64,000 nucleotides of DNA from Eledone cirrhosa (taxonomy: Eukaryota): NCBI GenBank assembly GCA_964016885.1, contig OZ024746.1, forward strand, positions 47,988,001 through 48,052,000, read 5' to 3'. The position numbers and the translations under genes were made by a program. This document shows, in pieces, positions 32,934-48,570 of this stretch (positions are counted from its first letter, which is position 1; the number at the start of each line of letters is the position of its first letter). The notes beneath the pieces are model-generated. The model did not search any database. It had not been told where the DNA came from and saw only the letters and a list, made by a program, of their open reading frames with translations.

Positions 32934-32984
32934 AGATTCTACAGGACTAGAACTGTTTCATTCATTAGAAATCATCAGGAATCT
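32934..32984 (-). ncRNA. Type I hammerhead motif with looped helix III
   Basis: AGATTC-CTGATGA-TTTCTAATGAAT-GAAA-CAG(TTCTAGTC)CTG-TA-GAATCT. Confidence 0.78.
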
Positions 32985-33043
32985 GGGTATCAAAAAATAA
33001 AAATGGTATTTATATAAAATACCATTTTTATTTTTTGATACCC

Positions 33044-33094
33044 AGATTCCTGATGATTTCTAATGAATGAAACAGTTCTAGTCCTGTAGAATCT
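33044..33094 (+). ncRNA. Type I hammerhead motif with looped helix III
   Basis: Inverted copy of 32934-32984. Confidence 0.78.
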
Positions 33095-33144
33095 CATCTA
33101 TATTAAAACTATATACATACATATATATATATATATACATAAAT

Positions 33145-33491
33145 ATATAAGTATGTATACGTACATAACTATATGTATGCAGACGTACAGTAGTATATAT
33201 ATATATATATACATACATGCACACATATATATATGTACGTATGGATTTACCGAACATTTATTATAATGCTCGGTGTGTTGGTAAACAAACATCCCGAATT
33301 ATTAGCCGTACAGTGTTCGGCAACCATCGTTGCCCTTTTGTTCAACACTGACAAAGGAACGATGAACGAACTAGTTGCTAGCTTATTAGCTGTCATCAGC
33401 ACCGTATACCTTCCTGTCAGTCGATTGTACGTTTGAAAATATATACTTTCCTTATGTATATTAACGGATGAGCAGTCTCATTTGCATATCG

Positions 33492-33495
<4 letters not shown>
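33145..33495 (-). mobile_element. Diverged copy of the CTAG-family pseudo-LTR
   Basis: Aligns by eye with 18010-18380; the hammerhead GAAA is mutated. Confidence 0.65.
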
Positions 33496-33529
<34 letters not shown>

Positions 33530-33930
33530 TATAATGAAGGAGGTGTGGTAAGGAACCAGATGGACCATAATGCACCAGAGTACTCAATACTTTGGGTAGT
33601 AGAGTGGGTAGTAGGGAGTGGGTGGAGTCAGTCAAGTGTTGAATTGAATTCTATACAGCAAATCTCATTGTTCTACAGGCAAGTTCAGCCACCCCCACCC
33701 ATTGCCATGAAAGATATTATTGTGTTTACAATAAATTTTGAGCAATTCTTTTGACAACTATAATCTTCCCATATAAGGAATTACCCCTTGAAAAGTTTGG
33801 CTATTTATTCGCTTATAAGGAATTACCCCTTGAAAAGTTCGGCTATGTATTACCACGCTAAAAATTCTAATTTAGTCCAGAAATAGCCGTCGCAACGGCT
33901 TGAGCTCTGCCGTCGGAGTTAAACATTTTC
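33530..33930. mobile_element. Diverged U3-A8 family pseudo-LTR with inverted terminal piece
   Basis: 33530-33620 is the inverse of 61490-61580; 33670-33920 matches 61270-61484 with GAAA changed to GCAA. Confidence 0.65.
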
Positions 33931-33959
33931 CTATATATATTATATATATATATATATAC

Positions 33960-33995
<36 letters not shown>

Positions 33996-34233
33996 TCATC
34001 ACCATTTAACGTCTACCTTCCACGCTAACACACACATGTAAACGTACTTAGACTTCATTAATTATCATGCAGATAAAAAAAAAGAGAAATTGAATGTAAC
34101 TCAATCAACCCGACACTAAAAGCATCTTTACTGTAATTAAATGTTTGTCGTTCACTCTAGATTTCTTTACTGTCTCCTAGTAACAAAGTACTCACCAAAA
34201 TAAATAATACCCATACAATGCTAATAGACTTAC

Positions 34234-34344
34234 CTGTTGGTGGAACAAAAGCAAATAGTACTTTCCAGAACAGACAGACAAAATGCATGATGTAGTCCAT
34301 ACAAGAAGGCAGTTTTTCCTCTTCGCTATCATTGTCATCATCTC
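34234..34344 (-). CDS. SLC8A: Internal exon of Na+/Ca2+ exchanger (NCX, SLC8 family)
   Basis: TTTTAG acceptor and GTAAGT donor; 111 bp, phase 1-1; encodes (G)DDDNDSEEEKLPSCMDYIMHFVCLFWKVLFAFVPPT, the conserved NCX segment before the C-terminal TM cluster. Confidence 0.93.
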
Positions 34345-35854
34345 CTAAAACAACAACAATATTGTATATTATTACCCCACACACATATATATATAATCAC
34401 ACAAACACTTAAGAATATTCTTCACATGTGGCAATTATATTGTTATAGATACACTAGAATTCCATGTATATTTTTATTTAGAAAGCAATAGAAATATAAT
34501 CAGAATACAAGAGTTCATTAATTAAAATGGAAAGGAACTGTGAACGTATATAAATATATGTATGCATATATATATAATAGTCACCTAACCTGTAATAATC
34601 TGTCCAACTCATGCAAGCATGGGAAACAGATGTTAAACAGTGATATATATCTATTACACACACACATTCACATATATATAAAACATTATGGGAAGGATTA
34701 TTATAAAATAAAACATGTAAAAGACTTACAACCATTTCACTAGACTATCAGGAACAAACTAAAGTTTGTTTTTGTAAGAATAGCTCATCAGAGTCAACTA
34801 AATTCAATTAATTTACCATACATGCTTTAATGTACAGGTGGCAGAAATGTTCTGACTTCGTAAGTGATGTTATAAATAATAATGTTTAAAATATAATGAA
34901 GATGTTAAAATTATGTAAGCATATACGAGTAATTAAATGTATCAATAATTAAAATAAATATAAAGTGACTTAAGAAATTTCACAGACTAAATTATACCAG
35001 TAGAAAGTAGATAATCTATGTTAAAAATACAGCTATAACTTAGGTGGGGTTACAACAATATTATAAACAGGAGAGCAAAAGGAAACTTTGCAAACTTGTG
35101 TGTATGAATTAAAAGTGAAGGCTCATTCAAAATTAGTAATCTAAGAAAAGTTTAAGAAAAAGGAGGTAACAAATAAACATTTAGCTCTACTCGCTTTATA
35201 AGTGGGCAGAGCTAAACGCAATCTTTGTCTAACTGAAGAGTTAGAAACCACTAATGAACTCTTGTTTTCTGAATATATATGTATGTATATATATATTCAT
35301 ATCCATACATACATTTATATACATAATTCTATGCTAAAATAGAATATTTCCTGTTCTTTCCATGCTTACCTCCAAATAATTAATCAAAACCATCAACTAA
35401 ATATTTTTACATTTTGAAGAAAACTTTATATTACACTTAATACAATGATAAATACCATCTAGTGATAAATAACTCATTTAATACAACAAATAACAAAAGA
35501 TATTTACTGCAAATACCTACCTGCATAAAGAATAGATACAACAATAAAATGTACAAAGAATTATATGAATTAGCAAATTATTCAATCTATTTTTAAAAAA
35601 AGCAACAAGAAAAAAAGGAAAAAAGAATAAAAGAAAAAAAGAAAACAACTTAATGTTGAAGCTTGAATTATGAAACCTTTGTAGAAAGGAGTTGGCAATG
35701 GAACAGTTTTTCAATCATATTTAAACTGCAAACAGATTAACATCTCATCCAGGAAAATATTGAACTCTCATCCACTTAATGCTACAGAGTTTTAAGCATG
35801 TGCTTTGCTGACAATCTGTCAATTACAGTTTGTGAAAGTTTAACTTAAATATAT

Positions 35855-36062
35855 TTAACTCTTAACATCCTGTATCACATTAGCAAGACATTCCCCAAAA
35901 ATATAACACAGCATTACAACTTCATCATCTGAAAAGTCTTTACTATAATACTGTAAATTTTCACCACAATCTCTCCACTAGTAAAAATAGTATAAACATT
36001 TGAATTGACCAAACAGCTTTTAGATTTTCTTTGCTAAATCATTACAGGATGTTAAAAGTTAA
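35855..36062. mobile_element. MITE with TTAA flanks (piggyBac-like)
   Basis: TTAACTCTTAACATCCTGTA ... TACAGGATGTTAAAAGTTAA, one mismatch. Confidence 0.6.
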
Positions 36063-36194
36063 ACATAGCATTTTCACATTTCCATATATTATTACAACTA
36101 GTATTATTATTACCAGTACATAACTCATTGTTTTATGAACTGAATAAGTAATATTTGGTTTCTTCACCAAATTATAATAAAGCCATGTTCATGG

Positions 36195-36197
<3 letters not shown>

Positions 36198-36253
<56 letters not shown>

Positions 36254-36425
36254 ATATAAATATATGTATGTATGTATATATATATAAATGTATGTATGTA
36301 TGTATATATATATAAATGTATGTATGTATGTATATATATATAAATGTATGTATGTATGTATGTATATATAAATGTATGTATGTATGTATGTATGTATGTA
36401 TGTATGTATGTATGTATGTATGTAT
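36198..36425. repeat. (TA)n/(TATG)n microsatellite
   Basis: Direct reading. Confidence 0.95.
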
Positions 36426-38574
36426 AACATGCTCCCCAACCTTTTGTTTATATTTGTGTTCCATGACTTCTATATATAAAAAAATTCTAGAATGTTTTTG
36501 ATAAATGAAAAATGTTATACAGTTATCTCTAGTTCCAGCACCATTAATTGGATGAGATTCTCATACTTTCCAGGATATATTGGTGCTTATTGTCCAGCAA
36601 AATAAGCACATAAAGCAATGCCATGCTGTGGTACATGAAATATAGGTGTATGCACCAGTTGTACTAATCATATGGATGTTTAACCAAATATATCACCTGA
36701 AGATTTAGAGTCATATCCTCACATAGCATTGCTTTCTTGGTGTTAACATAACTTAAAATATATGATTGATGAACCATTCCACAGTTATGTTTGAGTATAT
36801 CAGAATCAAGAAATACGTTTTGTTTTATCTTTAGTAGAAACACTAAAACCAAGTACAAGTGGTGAGCTGAAATCATTGAATTAGATTAAATTGAAATTGA
36901 AATTATTGATTATTTGAATAATAGTAGTGTCGATGTTTATTAGTCAAAGTAGGTTTAATATTCCTTAAATTTAATAATAATGTTAAAGTTATATAGACCT
37001 TCAAAAGAAAAGAAAAGAAAAGAAAAGAAAGAAAAAGGAAAAATTTCTACATACTGATTAAAAAAAAAAAAAGAAGTCTGATTTGATTTCATTGCATCTT
37101 AACTTTGTATAGAATTAGAAATTATCGAGTCTCATGAATGTAAGATAAAATACTAAACCAACAGTTCATTACTAGTTTCTATAAAAGTTAAGGAATTAAA
37201 CTAAATTTTATAGTGAGTATGTGTGGGAGTAGCACTTCTAGTTTTACATTTCAGCAATTAATGTGTCTTTAAATTTAGACATTTCTATAGCTTGTTCAAA
37301 ATACATTTGTACGTTATTCTATGTACTATACATACACCTTTGATGAGTTGTAGTGCACCTGAGCACTGTACACAATAATTTCATTACATATTATATAATG
37401 AGAAATCTATCAGAGAGCAGCTGATACTATGTCAGTTGTCAATCTTCACTCTGTTCGGCAACAGAACGTGGGTCTGATGCCGATTTCATCAGGTTGCCAT
37501 TAGAGAAAATATCCTTGCTGGCAACAAAAGAGCTTACAAACTCAGAATGAAAAGACTGTAGTGCTGTCCAGCTTTTTGACATCATCTAAGCTTCCCAGTT
37601 CCAGCTGTGATGGAAAGCCAGCTGCATTGAAGTTGCTGTTTAACAACCTCTCTCAGATTGATATGTAAAGGGAAGCATGGTGCTGAGGTGAAATTACAAT
37701 GAGCACAGTCCAAATTTACAAACCTAAATAGACAAAATAAAAAGCTACAGTTCATTGTTATAAATTACAGGAGTAATGTTAAAGTGATTTCATCCTTTTG
37801 ATTATCAAGACATGATATGCTTGCGTCACAAATATTTTTCTAGCTTTATAGCTTCTTCAAATTAATTTCTTTTGTATATGTGTATTGTGTGAGAAAGAAA
37901 AGAAAATAAGCATGAGAAAAAGAGATAGAGAGAGGGAGCAAAATAAAGATAGCTAAAGCAAAGATATAAATCTGCACGTGGAGAAAATAAAAGCCAAAAA
38001 CACTGTCAATAGTGCCAGTGAGAGAGCTTCTATGCAGTTGATCAACCTACTAGAAATAGCAGCCAAATTTCCGCAAATCACACCCTACTATTTTAAATAA
38101 AAAGACATAAGGCAATGCAGTCCTAGATACCCTTAAAAAGATGGGATCATACGTTGACCTAGAGCTAAGCAGTGGTAATATTAAAAAGTTTTTCATATTT
38201 TATTTACATTAAAATAATACTAAAAAAAACATCAGTGATTCTATTGATATGTTTTCAATTGTTGGTTGAATATAATTACTTTTTATGTATGTTAAGTAAG
38301 AAAATAAGTAATATCACATTAGATAAATAGATTAAATCTCAAATATGAATCACAGCACTCCTACTTTTTAACAAATTGTGTCTGATCTTAGGATTAGTTC
38401 TCCACAAAAACATGTATCCTGTATCCTTTGATAGCAGAATTAAATAACCAGGTTTTCAGCTTTGACAACATATAATTATAGTTGTTATGCATCAATATTG
38501 ACATATATATTGACAAGAGAAGAAGAAAAGAACAGCCTACTTAATGAATTAATATACTGAAACTGTTTACAGTT

Positions 38575-38745
38575 GGCAATTAGTTAAGAAGTGCTTAACG
38601 AGTTCACTTTACAATCATGAGGTCCCACGTTCGATTTCACAGCATGACACATAAGGTGTCTTTATGACAGCCCCAGGTCAATCCAAGCCTTATAAGTGAA
38701 ATTAGGGAGATAGAAAATGTGTTGAAGACAGTTGCATGGATTATA
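38575..38745 (+). mobile_element. Decayed tRNA-derived SINE
   Basis: B-box-like GTTCGATTTC followed by a SINE-like body; heavily diverged. Confidence 0.35.
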
Positions 38746-39075
38746 CCTGTAATTCAAAGGTCCAGTCTTGTCACATATTGTCTCACACTGAATTACATTA
38801 AGGGTATATGTGTATGTGGAATACTCAACTACTTACATGTTAAGTCATAAGCTGGATGTTTAGTTGATTGCTCAACTGAATAAATATCACTGAAACTGTG
38901 AGGGGGATCTATTATTTCTTAATTATGGAACAAATGATTTAGTAATTATTGATGATTATTTTAGCGGAGAACAGCTTCTTCACTCTTTCACTCATCCTAA
39001 ATTCCGTGGAAGAGGTGAGGAGATCTCCACCCCCATAGTTGAATAAAATAAATGACTGAAACACCATAATTTACA

Positions 39076-39600
39076 AGTAAATTACATTTTTCAGTCTGTT
39101 TCATTTGTGATGTTTGTCAGAAGCTGGGCCACTCACAAGGAAGTGTTTATCATTGTTGATGGCTCATCTCACTGATGTATCATTTGCTCATGAAGGTGTT
39201 TTTTTATTACAGCATCTTAGCTTTGCTATTACCTGCTATGAATGCTTTGGATTGCTTCTATTTATTTTTCTTTCTTTCTGACTAATTTTTATTGATTTGT
39301 TTCAATCAATCAGTAAATTACATTTTCCTGTCTGTGACTTTAGAAATTTGAAGAGTTGGGCCTCTGACAAAGTTATTGTCATCGATGGTGGCTCATCTCA
39401 CTGAAGTATGGTAGCTTGACACTGAAATATCAGGATATGCTTGTGAAAGTGTTTGTCTATTCCAGTGCTTCAACCTCACTATGTGTTATTTAGGCTGTTT
39501 CAAACATTTTTAGAAGGCAACACCAATAATCCTTGAAGTGATATGTAATTTATGGAGTATCCATATTTTTTTCTAATCCTTTCAGACTAATTTCTTATTC
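39076..39600. repeat. Old tandem duplication (~235-290 bp units)
   Basis: AGTAAATTACATTTT..GGCTCATCTCACTGA..GACTAATTT occurs twice. Confidence 0.6.
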
Positions 39601-41094
39601 ATTATAAATTTACACACACAACTATATGCCCATATACATCCTATATATATTAATATATACCAATAAACATATATGAACAAAGAAAACTTCATAATTATAT
39701 GGTAAAATTCTTAATTAATATTATGTTAATCTTATTTTTAAAACATTGTCTTTGGTGCAAATTATTTCTCAAAGGAAAATATGTATAATTAAATATTATT
39801 ATATATATTATGTTATATTATACAACTAAATATTAAGTGATTTCTGTTTAAATTTTGATTTGAAAAATATTTAGAGTATAAGAGAATTAATATTTTTTTT
39901 AGCATAAAGTACTTCATCAGTATAAATTATTTTACATGGAAGATTATTTATTTATTTATTCAAAGTGATATATTAGTAATAAAGTCTACTTTAACTACGA
40001 GAATTATTAGGAAACCTTTTTCCTTTTTGTCTTCGGATTTTTCAGCTGTAAAGAAGGAAGCAAATTTAAATTATTATTGGCGATTTCGTTGGTTAACGTG
40101 TACTTTATTCACCTGAAAATCGAGAAAGCTAAGTAGGGAATATAGGAACTCTTCAAAGAAATATTTTCTAGTAATGTTCTTTCTATTTCATGAATAGATA
40201 AAAGAAGCGGTGGGATTTAAAATAAATCATTCAAGGGAAATAACTCCACAACCATGTTGCGCAAGGGAGAGAAGCAAGCAATGAACTTTTAACGCTTTTT
40301 CAATAACAAAATAAAGTCTAAATAATTTAAGAATTATAATCTGCCAATTTCACAAATCAAAATATTCACTTTCCGATCATTGTTTACTTTATTAATCTAT
40401 CAACTAACTTTCTTTTTAAACGTTGTTTTTATAACAAAAATAAAAGTTTATTCACATAGACCAATAGTTGCATAAGATATTTCACAAATATCTTCATAAA
40501 CTAATAATGAAATAAAATTTCAGACTAGAATTGAAATTACTCTGAAGATTATAAATAATTATTGATATGCTGATGTGATGAGCCTTATAGGGAAATTGTA
40601 AGCACTATGTGAAGTACTATTTGAACAGAAAGAGGTGAGAGAATTCAGGCCGGGTATGGCCAGTTTAAATGCTAAAGGGTGAAATTAAAAACGTTTGAAC
40701 ATAATTTTATGTAAGAAATGTTTAAGTAATGTTCTAACCATAAATTTAACAAATGAAAAAGTTAGTTTACTCTATTCCTCCAATTTCTTTTTATTACTTT
40801 CAATATTAATTGAAACATATTGATAGTATCTTTCATTAGAAATATGGTAAAAAAATGGTTGATCTAATTTTGACAATTTATAAAGGCTTCAACATCATCA
40901 AAATACATTTTTAGTACAAAATAAAACCAATAATGACCTATTCCATTACTATGTACTCAATACCAAAGTTGAAAATTATTAAATACAAATTATGCAAATA
41001 TGATCTATGTGGAATATCAATTAGTGAAGAAAGTTCTAAATTGGCAGATTATTTATTTGATAATTGTTTCTACTTTTGGCACAAGGCCATCAAT

Positions 41095-41243
41095 TACCAG
41101 TGCATTACTGGTACTTTATTTTATCGACCCCATAAGGATGAAAGGCAAAGTTAACCTCGGTGGGATTTGAACGCAGACCGCAAAGGGACGTAACTATGCT
41201 GGAAAGCATGGCGTCCGACCCTCTACCGATACTGCCAAGCCAC
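41095..41243 (-). mobile_element. SINE remnant
   Basis: Minus-strand B box GCGTTCAAATCC followed by GGGTCGATAAAATAAAGTACCAGT, a SINE core-like segment. Confidence 0.5.
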
Positions 41244-41697
41244 TTTATTTGATAATGAAGTTGTGAAATATTTCTAAGATAAAGAGATAAAAAATGAAAA
41301 AAGAAAAAAAAACTTTGTTTAATATTTAAAGATCAAATATTTATTTATTCATAAATATATGATGCTGATAATAATTATACTTCATTCTAATCAGTTGTTT
41401 AACATCTGATATTTGTAAAATATTTACTTTGATTATCAAGGAAACTCAGAATATATCAAATTTAAAGAAGTAAAAAAAATTAGTTTACACTTTTCTAATG
41501 AAAAAAGATTTTATTAGTTGTAAGTATATTTCAATACTTCATTATTAGAGTTATATTTCATAATCTTATAATATATTATATGAGAAATAACAATCTAGTA
41601 GAATAAATCCAAAACCTCTGTAAATTGTAGTAATAAAAAATAATAATCAAGTTTCTGAGAATGTTTTTCATTGAGAAACTTTTAGTAAAACAAAATA

Positions 41698-41749
<52 letters not shown>

Positions 41750-42586
41750 AGATTCCGTTAGATTACTGTCTTAATTAATTAGAAATCCAGAAATAATCTG
41801 GATGTTAAATATTATCTGTGTTAATAAGACAGTTATTCAAAATATATTAATGAAAAAAAATAGGCGAGAACCCGAAAATCAAGCATTCCATGAGAGATTT
41901 CAGCACACAGAAAGTGTTTAGTTTGATACCTCCACCAGTTACTACTAAATGGCTGGAAATGTTAGATAGACTCCTTGTGTTTAATAATGCACTATAGTTG
42001 TTATCAGAATGTAATATTGATAAAAATACCAAAGATAAAAAAAATAGAAGAAAAAGAAAGAAAGGAAAAAGTAGAATTACATATGGAAGAGGAAGGGAAT
42101 TTAGAAAATAAGAGAATGCATGTGAATTTTTTAAATTTTCTTTTTCATTTGCCATCTAATGAAGTGAATATGTCTCTGTAGACCACAGCCTTTGAAAGGC
42201 AGAATCTACCCAGAGGACAATTGGTAGGGTTTCATCAGTTACGATTTGGTGTGTGTCTAAGGTTTTGTGTGGGTGCATACTTCAAACTCACCAAAATGAT
42301 ATCAACACTAACATCACATACATCAATTGAAAATTCTGTCTGGCTGTAGCACTTGAGACACAGAGTAGAAGACTAACCACATATATATATACTCATACAA
42401 ATATATATATATACATATATATATACACATACATATATATATATATATACATATATATATACACATATATATATATATATATATACATATATATATACAC
42501 ATATATATATATATATATAATTATATATAATTATATACATATATATATACACATACATATATATATATATATACACATACATATAA

Positions 42587-42617
<31 letters not shown>

Positions 42618-42770
42618 CATATATATATACATATACATATATATATACACATATATATATACACATATATATATACACATATATATATATACACATATAT
42701 ATATATACACATATATATATATACACATATATATATATACACATATATATATATACACATATATATATAT

Positions 42771-42810
<40 letters not shown>

Positions 42811-42926
42811 ATATATATATATATATACACATACATATATATATATATATACACATACATATATATATATATATACACATACATATATATATATATATAC
42901 ACATACATATATATATATATATATAT

Positions 42927-42988
<62 letters not shown>

Positions 42989-43084
42989 ACATACATATAT
43001 ATATATATATATACACATATATATATATATATACATATATACACATATATATATATACACATACATATATATATATACACATAC

Positions 43085-43117
<33 letters not shown>

Positions 43118-43234
43118 CACATATATATATATACATATATATATATATACGTATATATATATATACACATATATATATATATACACACATATATATACAC
43201 ATATATATATATATATACACACATATATATACAC

Positions 43235-43265
<31 letters not shown>

Positions 43266-43282
43266 TATATATATATATACAC

Positions 43283-43315
<33 letters not shown>

Positions 43316-43339
43316 CACATATATATATATGTGTATATA

Positions 43340-43370
<31 letters not shown>

Positions 43371-43372
<2 letters not shown>

Positions 43373-43720
43373 GAAAGACGTAAAATAAGAAAATTTTAAA
43401 AATTAAAAATTAACTTACTAAAATTTTCACTCCAACTAATTAGTTTCTGTAATGGGATAAAGATAGTTACGCAGTGTAATAGGAGTCCCTAGTGTCCGCG
43501 CATTGCCTGGGGACTTAGCTGAGAATAGACGTAATCAATTCTCGATGGTTACATTGCGTAACTATCTTTATCCCATTACAGAAACTAATTAGTTGGAGTG
43601 AAAATTTTAGTAAGTAGGTTTAATTTTTAATTTTTAAAATTTTCTTATTTTATGTCTTTCATATAATTGTTCTGCATCCTCCTGCATTGAACCACCTAGG
43701 TACTATGACATAACTTATGT
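43371..43720. mobile_element. Foldback pseudo-LTR-like element
   Basis: 43371-43480 is inverted at 43548-43663. Confidence 0.65.
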
Positions 43721-44077
43721 ATTTGCTAGCATTAGTGTACATCTGTACGCATATGTTGGTAAATATACTAATTCTCTATACATATATACATATATATATA
43801 CACATATATATAGATATATATATACACATATATATAGATATATAGATATACACATATATATATATATATACATATATACACACACATATATACATATAAA
43901 CACACATATATACATATATACACATATAAATACACATATATACATATATACACATATAAATACACATATATACATATATACACACACATATATACACACA
44001 CATATATATATATACATATATACACACATATATATATATATACATATATACACATACATATATTCATATACATATAT

Positions 44078-44118
<41 letters not shown>

Positions 44119-44247
44119 TACATATATACATATATATATACATATATATATATATACATATATACACATATATATATATATATACACATATATATATGCA
44201 CACACATATATATATATATATATAGACATATATATATATATATGCAC

Positions 44248-44278
<31 letters not shown>

Positions 44279-44327
44279 TATATATACACACACACATATA
44301 TATATATACACACACACACATATATAT

Positions 44328-44372
<45 letters not shown>

Positions 44373-44804
44373 TATATATATATATACACACATATATATA
44401 TATATATACACATATATATATATATATATATATACATATATATACACATATATATACATATATATACACATATATATATATATATATATACATACATATA
44501 TACACACATATATATATATATATATACATATATATACACACATATATATATATATATACATACATATATACACACATATATATATATATACATACATATA
44601 TACACACATATATATATATATACATACATATATACACACATATATATATATATACATATATATACACACATATATATATATACATATATATACACACATA
44701 TATATATATATATATATATACATATATATACAAACACATATATATATATACATATATATACACACAAATATATACACACATATATATACATATATATATA
44801 CACA

Positions 44805-44864
44805 CCAGTCCAGAATTAGCCATCGAAACGGCTTGAGCTCAGCTGTCGGGGTCTTACTGGTTCC

Positions 44865-44865
<1 letters not shown>
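44805..44865 (+). mobile_element. Fragment of U3-A8 family pseudo-LTR (hammerhead 3' half)
   Basis: Matches 61439-61497. Confidence 0.75.
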
Positions 44866-44908
<43 letters not shown>

Positions 44909-45023
44909 CATATATACACATATATATATATATATACACATACATACACATATATATATATATACATACATATATATATACACATATATATATATATATA
45001 TACATACATATATATACATATAT

Positions 45024-45064
<41 letters not shown>

Positions 45065-45401
45065 TACACATATATATATATATATATACATATATACACA
45101 TATATATATAAATATATACACATATATATACATATATACATATACATATATACACATATATATATATACACATATATATATATACATATATACATATACA
45201 TATATATATACACATATATATATACATATACATATATATATACACATATATATATACATATACATATATATATACACATATATATATACACATATATATA
45301 TACATATACATATATATATATACACATATATATATACAAATATATATATACATATATATATATACATATATATATACATACACATATATATATACACATA
45401 T

Positions 45402-46006
45402 GGTGGCTGCCAACTCGTTTTCGAGTACGGCCACTACTTTATATCCATGTAGGGGAACCCCTACCGATGCGCTGAACGATTGTGAATTTTTAGTCCAGCC
45501 AGCGACTTGAAAACTCTGGTACAAACACTACACTTGTGTCAATTATTGACACAGTGCTGGGCCCATGGTACCATGTGATGGCAAGTGCAGAGAGATCTCC
45601 AGATATAAAGCAATGCCTGTGCCGTTAAGCTTTTATAGTGAGCAAAGGCACTGCACAAAGCCAGTCCCACTCTCTTAACCAAGATGATATTTACCAAAAA
45701 GAAGAACAAGTCAACATCATTGGATACCATCAGAGTTGCAGGTGTTATATCAGAGTTTTCCTTCTCCTAGAATTCTGCCTTGACAAAGGCTAAGGGGTCA
45801 TCTCTCCCAGTGATTTTGGATGGCCATTGACTCTTAAGAGACCTTTGCCCTTTGACAGGTTTTGTTTTTAGTCCTGCAGGATGTCCAAAGTCACCCTCCT
45901 CACCAAGAAACCTTGGTGGGGTTGCCAGTTTAGTCGCCAACGACCCGACCATGAGACAGGTTGTACTGGGATACATGTTACCAGTAGCACCAACTGGTGA
46001 CCTGAC
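45402..46006 (-). mobile_element. RTE-derived non-autonomous element, copy 3
   Basis: Reverse complement of 1986-2593. Confidence 0.8.
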
Positions 46007-46260
46007 ATACACATATATATACACATATATATATACATATACATATATATATACACATATATATATACAAATATATATATACATATATATATATACATAT
46101 ATATATACATACATACACATATATATACATACATACACATATATATACATATATACACATATATACACATATATATACATATATACACATATATATACAT
46201 ATATACACATATATATATATATATACATATATACACATATATATATATACATATATACAC

Positions 46261-46291
<31 letters not shown>

Positions 46292-46435
46292 CATATATAC
46301 ACATATATATATACATATATATATATACACATATATATATATATACATATATACACATATATATATATACATACATATATACACATATATATATATACAT
46401 ATATACACATATATATATATACATATATACACATA

Positions 46436-46466
<31 letters not shown>

Positions 46467-46560
46467 GGATCGACTTTCGTCAAATCGGACCGAGGGAACA
46501 ATGTTTCCGTTGGTCTTTCCAATTGCTAATACTATCTATCGGTCGCAACTCCAGGTAGAA

Positions 46561-46679
46561 GGAGCAACATGAAATAAAGTGTCTTGCTCAAGGACATAAT
46601 GCATCGCCTGGTCCAGGAATCGAACTCACAACCTTACGATTGCGAATCCAATTCTCTAACCACTCAGCCACACGCCTTC
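46561..46679 (-). mobile_element. tRNA-derived SINE head
   Basis: A box TGGCTGAGTGG, B box GAGTTCGATTCC, then GTCCTTGAGCAAGACACTT core-like segment. Confidence 0.7.
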
Positions 46680-47249
46680 AAATATATATATATATATACA
46701 TATATACACATATATATATATACATATATACACATATATATATATATACACATATATATATATACATATATACACATATATATATATATACATATATACA
46801 CACATATATATATATATACATATATACACACATATATATATATATACATATATACACACATATATATATATATACATATATACACACATATATATATATA
46901 TACATATATACACATATATATATATATACACACACATATATATATATACATATATACACACACATATATATATACATATATACACACACATATATATATA
47001 TACATATATACACACATATATATATATATACATATATACACACATATATATATATATATACATATATACACACATATATATATATACACATATATACACA
47101 TATATATATATATACATATATACACACATATATATACACATATATACACACATATATATATATACATATATACACACATATATATATATACATATATACA
47201 CACATATATATATATACATATATACACACATATATATATATACATATAT

Positions 47250-47312
<63 letters not shown>

Positions 47313-47892
47313 TACACACATATATATATATATACATATATACACACATATATATATATATACATATATACACACACATATATATATATACATATATACA
47401 CATATATATATATATACATATATACACACATATATATATATATACATATATACACACATATATACATATATACATATATACACACATATATACATATATA
47501 CACATATATATATATACATATATACACATATATATATATATACATATATATACATATATATATATACATATATACACATATATATATATACATATATACA
47601 CATATATATATATATACATACATATATATATATATATATATACATACATATATATATATATATACATATATACACATATATATATACATATATACACATA
47701 TATATATACATATATACACATATATATACATATATACACATATATACACATATATACACATATATATACACATATATATACATATATACACATATATATA
47801 CATATATACACATATATATATATATATACATATATACACATATATATATATACATATATACATATATATATGTATATATGTATATATATATG

Positions 47893-47936
<44 letters not shown>

Positions 47937-47959
47937 TATATATATATATACTTATATAC

Positions 47960-47994
<35 letters not shown>

Positions 47995-48512
47995 CATATA
48001 TATATATACATATATACATATATATATATATATACTTATATACACATATATATATATATATATACATATATACACACTATATATATATATACACATATAT
48101 ATATACATAAACATATAATCACATATATATATATATATACATATATATACACATATATATATATATATATATACATATAATCACATATATATATATATAT
48201 ACATATATATACACATATATATATATATATACATATATACACACATATATATACATACATATATACACACATATATATATATATATACACACATATATAC
48301 ATATATACACACATATATATACATATATACACACACACACATATATATATATATATACACATATATATATATATACATACATACACATATATATATATAC
48401 ATACATACATCCACATATATATATATACATACATACATATATATATATACACATATATATATGTATATATATACACATATATATATATACATACATACAC
48501 ATATATATACAC

Positions 48513-48570
<58 letters not shown>

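Larger units (their letters stand above)
32829..33110 (-). mobile_element. Foldback pseudo-LTR
   Basis: Near-perfect palindrome of ~32918-33110 centred at ~33014. Confidence 0.8.

Noticed and set aside
35365-35530. Minus-strand CAG|GTAG site and GTAAGC donor as a possible extra exon or recursive splice site
   Set aside because: The intervening AT-rich sequence contains stops and no NCX similarity; such motifs are expected by chance.
43490-43600. Hammerhead at the 43371 foldback (GAAA-CTAATTAG-TT-GGAGT)
   Set aside because: Only the 3' half is recognisable; no CUGANGA with a matching helix I.
46561-46679. tRNA gene
   Set aside because: A and B boxes are present but there is no full cloverleaf, and it continues into a SINE core-like segment.
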